A DNA stretch of 49,047 nucleotides from assembly GCA_002366725.1 (NCBI GenBank), contig DFBT01000076.1, forward strand, positions 1-49,047, given 5' to 3'. Shown in pieces: positions 27,093-36,155 of the stretch (positions within the stretch are counted from its first letter, which is position 1; each line of letters begins with the position of its first letter). A program made the translations under genes and the position numbers. Source of the DNA: a candidate division WOR-3 bacterium UBA3073 (GTDB taxonomy: Bacteria; Hydrothermota; UBA3073). The notes beneath the pieces are model-generated. The model saw nothing but the letters and a program-made list of their open reading frames with translations, did no database searches and was not told where the DNA came from.

Positions 27093-27121
27093 TTATATAC
27101 AAGGAACTCCGACCTTCGCAA
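27093..27121 (-). promoter_or_regulatory. candidate internal promoter for the ABC/GH94 sub-operon (TTGCGA-17-ATATAA with TGn)
   Basis: The reverse strand reads TTGCGA aggtcggagttccttgt ATATAA, 17 nt before the SBP start codon. Confidence 0.35.
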
Positions 27122-27222
27122 GGAGAAGGATAAATAAGCTAATCTAATTGCCAACTATCACGAAAAATCAGTCTGACCAGTAATTTATTGCTAATTTAAT
27201 ATTGCTATTATGTACAATTCAC

Positions 27223-28236
27223 TTAAAATTCAAATGAGAGAGACAACCTCTTTGCATTCTGTAGTCTGCCAAAATCCGCATAGGCAACGTCCAGTTTCAC
27301 TGCATAACTTCCAAAACGATGCCTTATGCCGCCTCCAAGAGTGAGTCCCCCTTCGCTATCCTTTAGAAAGAGAGACGAATATCCTGCACGCAGTGAAATC
27401 CTCTTATGGAAGATGTACTCGATACCCAGGTCTATGCTCTCTGTATTATCATTTGGGTGTTTTGCATCGATCGCCAATGTGAGAGTATTACTCTCGTTCC
27501 CTATAACATCCAAAGATATCCCCACCCTGAACATAAGAGGCAGTGACCACCTATCAGTGTGTAAGTCAGCAATTATTCTATCATTATCCCCGAAAAAGTC
27601 GGGGTTGAAATCGTAATATACCAGAATATCCCTTCCGCTGTACCCAATCTTCCCTCCAAAATTTAATATGCTCATACCTATCTTCATATCGTTGAAATCT
27701 GTCTCAAATAGCGTCCCCACATCCACCGCAAAGGTTGATGCACTCATATGCCATATCCTCTGATTTATATACTTCAGGTTAATTCCCACAGAGAATCTGT
27801 CTGTCAGACACCTTGCATAAGACAGTCCAAGAGCAAGGTCTCCTGCAGCAAACATCTCCCCAGTTCCTTCTGAATTTTCTACCGTTCTTACCTTCATCTC
27901 AGGCATTGATAGGGAAGTGACACCCACACCGATATTTCCCCAGCGTGGTGTACAGATGATCACGCCCGCGAAGTCAAAACGCAAACCTGCCAGCCAGCTT
28001 GTATGAATAACTACTGCCTCATTCTTGCTCAATCTCGATACACCGGCTGGATTCCAGTATATAGCAGTTGCATCGTCAGCCACAGCTACAAATGCACCGC
28101 CCATACCAACTGCCCTGGCACCCACGCCTATCTTCAAGAACTGCGCAGCGGTCGTCCCCACCTTAGAAACACCGAACTGTGAGTAGAGAAAGCCAGGCAC
28201 AAATAACAGCACGAGATATGCAAAAAATTTCTTCAT
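27223..28236 (-). CDS. PorV/PorQ-like (FadL-superfamily) outer-membrane beta-barrel, copy 1
   Basis: ATG at 28236 overlaps the stop of the upstream 1080-aa gene (ATGA). Signal MKKFFAYLVLLFVPGFLYSQ. Motif GTTAAQFLKIGVGARAVGMGGAFVAVADDATAIYWNPAG. C-terminus SLSFEF. The track's N-terminal extension to 28344 is an artefact. Confidence 0.7.
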   Translation of the reverse strand: MKKFFAYLVLLFVPGFLYSQFGVSKVGTTAAQFLKIGVGARAVGMGGAFVAVADDATAIYWNPAGVSRLSKNEAVVIHTSWLAGLRFDFAGVIICTPRWGNIGVGVTSLSMPEMKVRTVENSEGTGEMFAAGDLALGLSYARCLTDRFSVGINLKYINQRIWHMSASTFAVDVGTLFETDFNDMKIGMSILNFGGKIGYSGRDILVYYDFNPDFFGDNDRIIADLHTDRWSLPLMFRVGISLDVIGNESNTLTLAIDAKHPNDNTESIDLGIEYIFHKRISLRAGYSSLFLKDSEGGLTLGGGIRHRFGSYAVKLDVAYADFGRLQNAKRLSLSFEF

Positions 28237-31200
28237 TTTATAATGGCAAATCTGCCAATCTTTTCGCCTATGCCAGGCGCGTCTACGTGATATATGTATA
28301 TACCAGGCGCTATATCCATACCGTCTTTTGAGACAAGGCCCCATGGTTCTTCCCCATTGTCTATAAACGAGTCGTGTTCTATCACTTTTACAAGCTCACC
28401 CGATACAGTGTATATACGTATAGTAGCTCTTTGAGGAAGATGAATGAAGTATATCCTTCGTTCGCCCCTCCCCGATGCAAGGATCCTCCGTGGTTCCCAT
28501 TCTGCGGCTGCGCAGTAGGGATTAGGCACCACCGCAATTCTATCCAGGTCACTCCGGGCAAGGGCTTCTTCAATATAAGCTGAATTCGTCTTAATATCGA
28601 ATACATCTCCACTTCTGAAAGGCATATCAATTGCTATATATGCCCAATCACCTCTGATCGGATTTACTGTTGAGTCGACACCCGGTTCAAAGAATTTTAC
28701 CCTCCATGCCCTCTCCCAGTGATCGTCCACCCAAAGCCATATATCTATGTAATCTCCGGCATTTAGCAGGCTGTCTACCTCGCCCGGCGGTTCCCAGAGA
28801 TAGTATCTGACCTTTTGACTATCTATAACATCCCATACCGTGAAGTTCGTAGGATACTGTGGATTGGAGTAGAGGTAAGATGTATCTATACCGAAGGTGT
28901 CAATCCTTATCTCGTAACTTGTAGGAAAACCGGGGCGTCTATAAGGAGAACTGTACAACTGGTCAACATTTATGAGTAGATTACAATCTCCTTCTACCCA
29001 ACCTGTTAGGGAATCATTCCAGGCAACGGTGTCGTCCCTGACCTGCAATCTCATTCCATCGGATACTGGATTGAAGTCCTCTCCCTCTACATAAGTGGAA
29101 GTGAAAAGCAGTGAATCGCCACCAAGGTCATAGAATGAATATATCGTTGTATCCTGGTGAGTTGTGTCATCGAATACAATCCTGTAAGCGTTCTCCTTCA
29201 CCAGGAGTGGATCCATGACATCTATCCATATATCTCCTGTCCCATGCCCTTTTGTATGTTCTATATCTACCTGCGCATTCTTATATCCTGCTGCCGGTGA
29301 ACGCGGTGTAGCCACCACTGTATTTTTATCGAGTGTAACATTCCCCACAACATCCATCTTGATAACCTTTGTACATTCTGATGGGAGCATGCCGGCCTCT
29401 GCCCATCCTCTGTCATACGATACTACTGCGTAATAGTATGTCTGCCCATTTTTCACATCGTAATCGGCATATGAGTGCTTTAATCCAGTGTTATCACCCA
29501 TATAGTATTGAACACCGTTAACGTCTATCGGGAAAAATCCAGACACATCATTTTTAATATCGAACTGTGCAAGTGGGTCATATAGAACGGGGTTGCCCTG
29601 TCCGTCTGTGATGGTATAGCAGTCGTTGAATGCAGGGTCTGTGCTCCTGTATATTCTGTAACCCTCAAAGTCTCTCCATCCATATGCTCCAGGCTCACAA
29701 CCGATAGAATCGGCAAATACATCCTCTGAGTATTCCGCCGCATCGTCCCAGTAGAGGGTAACTTTACCATCTCCTGCAACTGCCCGTAGCTCAGGCTTGT
29801 CCGGAGGTCTTGCAAAGTTATAATTTGCATTATATATCTTTTGCACTACCTCTACATTTCTCCTTAAGTCCTCGAGGTCGTTTCCGAATACGAGAGCAAG
29901 TGAAAATCTCTCAGTCTTTCCAGGGGGTAATGGGAAAGGCCCGGAACCGTAGAGGAATGCAGTATTGCCAGGATACTGCTCTCCAATGTCAAAGTGATAG
30001 TATGCAATCCTTTCCCATATAACGTCATCGAATCGATATTCAACGCCATGTCCAATGTAGAAACGGTCAAAGGCTGTGAGGCCTATCTGGTCGGATTCGT
30101 CCTTGTCGGTCTCATCAAAGTGCGGTTCACCAGGTGATGGTATGCCGTCTCCTTCTCCCCGGTCACCGGTCCCGGGGACACCATCTGCACCAACATCATC
30201 TGTCTCCCGATTCCAGTCAGAGTCGTTGTCTATCCCGTCATCCCTTGCTTCATCTATTAAAAGATTATTTAGACCTCCTCCAGTAATCCAATCCTTATAT
30301 TTAAGACCGGTGTGTATATCCTCATTTTCATCTATAAGCCCATTAAGGTTATCATCCATACCATTCCAGTCAATCTCGACCAACACCTCGTCTGGCATTA
30401 TCCTATCTAAGATTCCACGGTGCTGTATAACAAGACCTGTATCAGGCATAGATACAACACTACGCTTATATGTATCGTAATCTATTAATACACACTGTTC
30501 TCCTGCTGAAAAACTTCCGGGAAGGGAGACACCAGCGTCAATTACAGGCCCAGGACAATCTCTACCGTCACCATCGTCGTCTATCCCGTTGTATGGATTA
30601 CCGGGACTTTCGAGAAACGCATAACCCGCATATCCTGTTTCCCAACCACCCTGTCCGGTACCATCTGGGTCCCAGGAATATGTTATATCCATCTCGGTGT
30701 CGTAGAAGGCATTGTCATCGTTTGAATCATCCGGTCCGCCAACACCACAGTCTACATACATACCAAATGCAACCTCGTCATAGTGTGTAGTTGATATATT
30801 AGTTATATCATAGTGCCAGAATATCAGGTCTTCTGCCAGAACATTGGACCACTGGAATCCCCTTACCTCGACCCTCATTCCAAGTCCACCCCTTGAGGAG
30901 TCATACATATCACAGTAGAACTTCTCACGGAATGCTGCTCCGTGATCACAATAGTCATCCATAACAAAGTAACTCTCCTGGTCTGCGTTCGTTCTCTTAC
31001 CAAAATATCCGTTCCAACTGCCAGGCCAACCAGGGTCGTCGGGCTCGTTCATTTTGTCAGGCCAGGAAGCTGGCCATGAATCAGGGTCATCACTCATCGC
31101 AATCTTGTCCTCATATGGGTTTGAATAACCAGAAATAGGTTGCCATCCATATTCAACACCTGTTATGGGGTCTTCCTCGTAGTGTTCCCGATAGCCTGCC

Positions 31201-31475
31201 TCAACTATATGTATAGTATCACCCTCCGAGAGTACCACCTCCGCTGCAACTATTGGTGTTATACCGTCCATATAAGAATGATCAGTTCCCCTTGGCCAGA
31301 CCCCTGATGGGTGTTTTCTCCACCAGGCGACCTCTCCAAAATTCCAGAAGAGGGTCTCCACAAGATTGCCGTTGTGAAGTCCCCGTTTTCTATATTTCCT
31401 GTCACCATGCTCTTCAACAGAGGGCACATCGAGCGCCATCAAAATACCTATTATGATAAGTATTAGCCTATTCAT
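28233..31475 (-). CDS. ~1080-aa secreted protein of unknown function with acidic Ca-loop clusters, an Fn3-like module and a divergent C-terminal sorting-like domain (paralog A)
   Basis: - I prefer the ATG at 31475 (MNRLILIIIGILMAL), with GGAG upstream; the track start at 31547 is TTG.
- Acidic clusters GIDDDGDGRD, DDNLNGLIDENED and DDGIDNDSDWNRETDDVGADGVPGTGDRGEGDGIPSPGEPHFDETDKDESDQ.
- Fn3-like PPDKPELRAVAGDGKVTLYWDD...FEGYRIYRS.
- C-terminus VVPNPY...IRIYTVSGELV...GIYIYHV...GRFAIIK. Confidence 0.8.
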   Translation of the reverse strand: MNRLILIIIGILMALDVPSVEEHGDRKYRKRGLHNGNLVETLFWNFGEVAWWRKHPSGVWPRGTDHSYMDGITPIVAAEVVLSEGDTIHIVEAGYREHYEEDPITGVEYGWQPISGYSNPYEDKIAMSDDPDSWPASWPDKMNEPDDPGWPGSWNGYFGKRTNADQESYFVMDDYCDHGAAFREKFYCDMYDSSRGGLGMRVEVRGFQWSNVLAEDLIFWHYDITNISTTHYDEVAFGMYVDCGVGGPDDSNDDNAFYDTEMDITYSWDPDGTGQGGWETGYAGYAFLESPGNPYNGIDDDGDGRDCPGPVIDAGVSLPGSFSAGEQCVLIDYDTYKRSVVSMPDTGLVIQHRGILDRIMPDEVLVEIDWNGMDDNLNGLIDENEDIHTGLKYKDWITGGGLNNLLIDEARDDGIDNDSDWNRETDDVGADGVPGTGDRGEGDGIPSPGEPHFDETDKDESDQIGLTAFDRFYIGHGVEYRFDDVIWERIAYYHFDIGEQYPGNTAFLYGSGPFPLPPGKTERFSLALVFGNDLEDLRRNVEVVQKIYNANYNFARPPDKPELRAVAGDGKVTLYWDDAAEYSEDVFADSIGCEPGAYGWRDFEGYRIYRSTDPAFNDCYTITDGQGNPVLYDPLAQFDIKNDVSGFFPIDVNGVQYYMGDNTGLKHSYADYDVKNGQTYYYAVVSYDRGWAEAGMLPSECTKVIKMDVVGNVTLDKNTVVATPRSPAAGYKNAQVDIEHTKGHGTGDIWIDVMDPLLVKENAYRIVFDDTTHQDTTIYSFYDLGGDSLLFTSTYVEGEDFNPVSDGMRLQVRDDTVAWNDSLTGWVEGDCNLLINVDQLYSSPYRRPGFPTSYEIRIDTFGIDTSYLYSNPQYPTNFTVWDVIDSQKVRYYLWEPPGEVDSLLNAGDYIDIWLWVDDHWERAWRVKFFEPGVDSTVNPIRGDWAYIAIDMPFRSGDVFDIKTNSAYIEEALARSDLDRIAVVPNPYCAAAEWEPRRILASGRGERRIYFIHLPQRATIRIYTVSGELVKVIEHDSFIDNGEEPWGLVSKDGMDIAPGIYIYHVDAPGIGEKIGRFAIIK

Positions 31476-31543
31476 AAAGAGGGCTCCAACATTTGTAGTG
31501 CCAAATATATTTGCATCCCGCCAAGACGGGATGCCTACATAAT

Positions 31544-34198
31544 TCAAAATCTACATGATAGACCTATCTCTACCTTCCTCGGTTCAGAATAGAACTCAGG
31601 TCTGTTCAGAAAATCCTCCAATGTATTTGGACCCTTAACCTCGCTTGTATAATGTGGAATAAGTGAATAGCTTGCCCTTCCTGTGTCGAGATAAACATCC
31701 TCTTCGTTCTTTCTATCGAAGAGATTGTTAACCAAAAGGTTTATTGAAAATATCCCATTAAACAGAGTAAAATCTCTGTGTGCCTTAAGGTCAAATGAAT
31801 AAGTTTCGGGCTTTCTCTCACTGTTCTCAAAGCCAAGGCGTATATTCTGGTATTCAGAGGTATATGGAAACCCACTACCATATCTTCCTATAATCGAGAT
31901 ACCTCCTATATCAGGTTTACCAATATTTAAGGTAAAATTAATAGTATGCGTCTGATCCCAATCTAAAGGCACAACCTGTATCTCACTTTCTCTTGGTGGC
32001 TCACTCTGCTGGTCATAAAATATCGCGTTTGGATCTGAGGCATTTCCTTCCGCTACCTGATAGGTATAGTCGAGGTAAGTAGTGATAAAACCAATAGGCC
32101 GGGTCTTGAGTGAAACAGTAACACCCCTGACATTCCCGTAATCACGATTTACATACCTTGCATATCTATCACCCATTATATAAAGCTCATATATGGCAGT
32201 TCCTACAAGGTTTCTTATATCCTTATAATATGCAGTTAAATCCACTCCAACTAAATCGCCAAACTGTTGCTGGATTCCATACTCATATATGGTCGTCTTC
32301 TGGGGTTCCAGGTCAGCATTGCCCATAAGTGACTTGAGTTCCCCTCCCATCACCTCAAACTCTGGGTTATGATAGAGATACTGAAAAGGAGGAATCTGGA
32401 AGAAATGACCATAGGAAAAGTGAAGAACACCCCTCTCTGTTATTGGGAATGCTATTCCAAGTCGAGGACTTATCTGATGTTTTACACTTGCCTCCCTGTA
32501 CCACACATCCCTCTGCCAGTAAGAGTTGTTCGGGTCCCTTGGGTCGAGTGGAACTATACCGTCGGGGTAAAAATAGTCGTACCTGAATCCTGCGTTTACT
32601 ATCAAATTATTAAACTCCATCTTGTCCTGGATGTAAAAAGCAGCCTCTATAGGGTCGTGTGTGTATCTATTATGTCTCGTTGAGGAGATAGGATAGGGTC
32701 TGGGCTTCCAATCAGTGGTCTCGTCCAGTTGCAACTCAAATTCTTCTAAAGAAAGGGCGTGTCTCCTTGCCTCCAGTCCGCATTTAACCTGATGAGTTCC
32801 AGTTATCTGGGAAGTGATATCAAAATTCCCTGATACGCTTTTTGAAACCCGGTAGTAGTGGTTCATATCACACCCACCTGTATAGAATGCATATGCATTT
32901 CGATTCAATCTTCTGGGATCAACATATCTTTTGTCGAGCGTATCCTCATACACATAGGACTTATAATCTTTTGCACTACTAGCTAACCTCACATTAAAGA
33001 AGGTTCTTGCACCGACAGCCTGCGTGAATGTGAGAAGGTGCATACAGGATTTCTCATACTCTGTAGGGGCTCCATCAGGATCATATTTGAAGAGATGCCA
33101 GTAGGTTCTTTTTTTAAGGTTACCCAACATAAATCCGTATCTGAGTTTTGAGTTGGGGAGGATTTGATATGAAAGGTTGCCGTAAAAAAATTTCTTTTCT
33201 TCTGGATTCATCGGGACGTAACTACTGTCACCCGTGGTCTCAACATACCACTCTGATGGGTCCCCTGACTCAAATTTTGAGGAGTCAGATGGATTGAATA
33301 TTCTCTTGCTATATAACCATCCTCCATTTTTATATAGCCTCGTAGATAAGAAAAAATTTATTCTTTCACCTATTGGTCCGCTTAGGGTTGCCTCTACATT
33401 ATGGTTGCTCAAAGGTTCAAAATGGTGAATATGCTGGAATGTCTCCTCGTGGGTTGAGATGTAATCTCCCGTCCATGTTGATATTTCACCAGAGGGGTTT
33501 CTCCCTCCCTCTTTTGTTACAATGTTAACTACACCCGACATAGCCTTACCGTACTCAGCATTGAATGTCCCACTCACTACCTTCATCTCCTGCACAATGC
33601 TGTTCTCTACCTCCATCATCATCTCTCCAGAGAATGGATCGGTGACAGATACGCCATCTATCATATATACAATCTCGTCAGACCTACCACCCCTGATGTG
33701 GATTTCACCACCACTTCCAACAGTCACTCCTGCCTGTAGTTTTAGAAGATCTTTAAAGCTACCAACGGGCATCTCTTTTATATCCTCGGAACCTAATGTG
33801 GCCTCCGATGAGGTGAGGTCCATTTGTATCAGGGATTTTTCTGCCACAACCGTGATGCCTTCGCCTTCGATAATGGTGGGTTTCAATTTGAAGTCGAGCC
33901 CTGTAGTGAGGTCTGACGACACTTTAACATCCATCACTTGCCTGGCCTCGTATCCTATCATAGATGCCGTGATGGAATACTCACCCGGAGGGACATTCAG
34001 AATGATATAGTTGCCATCAATATCTGTGGCAGCACCCAGCCTGGTGTTTTCTATCACCACATTTACTCCAGACAGCGGTTCGTGTGACTGAAGATCGGTA
34101 ATCCTACCCACTACCTTTCCTGTGACCCCCGCCGAGAGTGTGCTATATAAAGCTATTTGCAGTAGAAATACACCCTTTATGATGGATGAGCCACTCAT
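31544..34198 (-). CDS. TonB-dependent receptor with N-terminal carboxypeptidase-regulatory-like domain, copy 1
   Basis: 884 aa. GKVVGRITD...GVNVVIENTRLGAATDIDGNYIILNVPPGEYSITASMIGY (CarboxypepD_reg-like). TonB-box-like GITVVAEK. Plug IHIRGGRSDEIVYMIDGVSVTDP. Long barrel ending GLSCRF. Confidence 0.85.
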   Translation of the reverse strand: MSGSSIIKGVFLLQIALYSTLSAGVTGKVVGRITDLQSHEPLSGVNVVIENTRLGAATDIDGNYIILNVPPGEYSITASMIGYEARQVMDVKVSSDLTTGLDFKLKPTIIEGEGITVVAEKSLIQMDLTSSEATLGSEDIKEMPVGSFKDLLKLQAGVTVGSGGEIHIRGGRSDEIVYMIDGVSVTDPFSGEMMMEVENSIVQEMKVVSGTFNAEYGKAMSGVVNIVTKEGGRNPSGEISTWTGDYISTHEETFQHIHHFEPLSNHNVEATLSGPIGERINFFLSTRLYKNGGWLYSKRIFNPSDSSKFESGDPSEWYVETTGDSSYVPMNPEEKKFFYGNLSYQILPNSKLRYGFMLGNLKKRTYWHLFKYDPDGAPTEYEKSCMHLLTFTQAVGARTFFNVRLASSAKDYKSYVYEDTLDKRYVDPRRLNRNAYAFYTGGCDMNHYYRVSKSVSGNFDITSQITGTHQVKCGLEARRHALSLEEFELQLDETTDWKPRPYPISSTRHNRYTHDPIEAAFYIQDKMEFNNLIVNAGFRYDYFYPDGIVPLDPRDPNNSYWQRDVWYREASVKHQISPRLGIAFPITERGVLHFSYGHFFQIPPFQYLYHNPEFEVMGGELKSLMGNADLEPQKTTIYEYGIQQQFGDLVGVDLTAYYKDIRNLVGTAIYELYIMGDRYARYVNRDYGNVRGVTVSLKTRPIGFITTYLDYTYQVAEGNASDPNAIFYDQQSEPPRESEIQVVPLDWDQTHTINFTLNIGKPDIGGISIIGRYGSGFPYTSEYQNIRLGFENSERKPETYSFDLKAHRDFTLFNGIFSINLLVNNLFDRKNEEDVYLDTGRASYSLIPHYTSEVKGPNTLEDFLNRPEFYSEPRKVEIGLSCRF

Positions 34199-34228
34199 TT
34201 TTTATGGCGGGTTCTCCCTTAATGTATG

Positions 34229-36052
34229 CTATCTTACAAGCAACATCCTGCGTGTTTCGCTAAACCCCTCAGCCTTTATACGATAAAAATAAACACCATT
34301 GGCAACCTTCATGTTACCATCCGTGGTGCCATCCCAGTAGACTGTGTGAATTCCTGCTTCCACATTACCTTCTACCAGTGTCTTTACTACCTGCCCCGTC
34401 AGGCTGTAGACCTTGAGCACAGTATGTGTTTTTCTTGGGAGTTCGTATCTTATTGCGGTCGTCCTGCTGAAGGGATTAGGATAGTTCTGACGGAGCATAC
34501 ATACCTTTGGCCCGGATTCATCTTCCGCTATACCCACTTCTGGTGATAGATATACCTGTCTGTACATATAGTATTTATCGAAGTTTATATCAGCCCACTC
34601 GCATCCCCACCAGGACTTTACATAATCGGAGGTATGCTCATCGAATACATCCCAGGATGAATGGTCCATATCCCATATAACCGGGGCCATCCACACTGAA
34701 TCACCATCCACATATCCCCACATATCTGTATGCAGAACAAGTTCAAGAGAGTAGCCGTGGTCTGGGCCGCATCCGCCAGTATCGGCATGTGTTACAGTTC
34801 CAGGAGGTTCATAGGATTTTCCCTCTACTGCACCACTTGGCACAGATGCACTCAACTCAAGCTTGGCAGTATCCCCAACCACATTGCCGAAGTACATAAG
34901 TTTTACCTCGTGCCTCTCCCCGGGACCTGGTATAACCCAGGGGTCCCTCATCCACAGGAAGAGACCGTCCGCCTCCCAGCCCGGTCCCCACTCACACACA
35001 GAGGAGTCATCCGATACGATCCCAAGGTAAAGGTCTGTACCATCGTGCAGGAATTTGATCGTTGCAGTGCTTGGATCATCCCATTCGTTTAGTGTATCAC
35101 CCCACTGCATCCAATACCAACCAGTCGCTCCCTGACTACCCTTGCCGATGGTCATTGCGGTAGCGTTTTCCCATACATCTTCACTGAGTTGACCGTCTAT
35201 AGTAATACCCTTATCCTCTGGTATCTGGTAGGCATCTACAGTTGTTAGGTCACCGAGTAATAGACACCTCAATTCAGTTCCCCACTCACTCCCCCACCAG
35301 CTCTTGAAATAGTCACAGAGGTCGGGATCGGGAGCTGTCGCATGCTCCGGGACATAAAAGTCCATATCGAATATCATCATAGAGAGCCATACGGAATCAT
35401 ACGGTTCATAAGTGGGATCGAGTATATCAAGGTGAATCACCATCTCAAGTGTATAACCAGAGTCAGGTGCTGTGTTGTCGTTTGTTATAGTACCGGGGAA
35501 TTCGTAGGATGCCCCTTCACCGGAACCTTCAGGACCGTTCATCTCAAATCGAGCGGAGTCACCAACCCCTTCGTTTACATAGAAGAGTTTATACTCAAAT
35601 AGTGCACCACTTTCCCTCATCTTGACCTTCATAAAGAGGCCATCGCCTTCCCATCCGGGGAAACGCTTGCAGACTGATTCGTCGTCCGATTGGAGAGCTA
35701 TATACAGGTCTGTCCCATGATGGAGGAATTTAACAATCGCGGTGGATGTATCAGTGTAACCATCATTCCCATCACCGTTTGCGTCCGGCACTATGTCGCT
35801 TGGTGGATATTCCCAGTTTGTGACTCCAAAGCCAGCATCAACTGGGGTATAGCCGGGTCCGAAGCCCAGATCAAAGAAGTGTCTATCCCAATGGAGCGTA
35901 TCACCCAAATCGAGTCTTCCATCTATCGTTAACTCCTCTGCGGGGTCTCTGCTCATTACCTGCATAGATTGAGGGTCCATATGCCCAACACCAGTGGCTA
36001 TCTGGGCAATCAGAAGAACGGCGCTGCCCACAATTATCCACTTATTCTTCAT
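34229..36052 (-). CDS. secreted protein with two tandem CBM9/DOMON-like modules and a T9SS type-A-like CTD
   Basis: ATG at 36052 follows AAGGAGGTG. There is an internal duplication: ..KFLHHGTDLYIALQSDDESVC..GWEGDGLF..DYFKSWWGSEWG versus ..KFLHDGTDLYLGIVSDDSSVC..GWEADGLF..DYVKSWWGCEWA. C-terminus NYPNPFSRTTAIRYELP...VYSLTGQVV...GVYFYRI...RMLLVR. Confidence 0.75.
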   Translation of the reverse strand: MKNKWIIVGSAVLLIAQIATGVGHMDPQSMQVMSRDPAEELTIDGRLDLGDTLHWDRHFFDLGFGPGYTPVDAGFGVTNWEYPPSDIVPDANGDGNDGYTDTSTAIVKFLHHGTDLYIALQSDDESVCKRFPGWEGDGLFMKVKMRESGALFEYKLFYVNEGVGDSARFEMNGPEGSGEGASYEFPGTITNDNTAPDSGYTLEMVIHLDILDPTYEPYDSVWLSMMIFDMDFYVPEHATAPDPDLCDYFKSWWGSEWGTELRCLLLGDLTTVDAYQIPEDKGITIDGQLSEDVWENATAMTIGKGSQGATGWYWMQWGDTLNEWDDPSTATIKFLHDGTDLYLGIVSDDSSVCEWGPGWEADGLFLWMRDPWVIPGPGERHEVKLMYFGNVVGDTAKLELSASVPSGAVEGKSYEPPGTVTHADTGGCGPDHGYSLELVLHTDMWGYVDGDSVWMAPVIWDMDHSSWDVFDEHTSDYVKSWWGCEWADINFDKYYMYRQVYLSPEVGIAEDESGPKVCMLRQNYPNPFSRTTAIRYELPRKTHTVLKVYSLTGQVVKTLVEGNVEAGIHTVYWDGTTDGNMKVANGVYFYRIKAEGFSETRRMLLVR

Positions 36053-36155
36053 GCCTTTCACCTCCTTTCAAAAATTTCTCTACGGGGATTCAGGAGATCG
36101 TACCTGCTCTTTAACCCCTGTTTCACGCAAGACACTTCAGGAGAACCCGCCATTA

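Noticed and set aside
33522-34010. Long plus-strand ORFs: this one (162 aa) and others at 3560-4105, 1933-2370, 2094-2522, 20561-21001, 30076-30480, 39596-40066, 42367-42774.
   Set aside because: All lie antisense inside well-supported minus-strand genes. They have no SD or promoter and translate to low-complexity S/P/L/I-rich sequence, which is typical of shadow ORFs.
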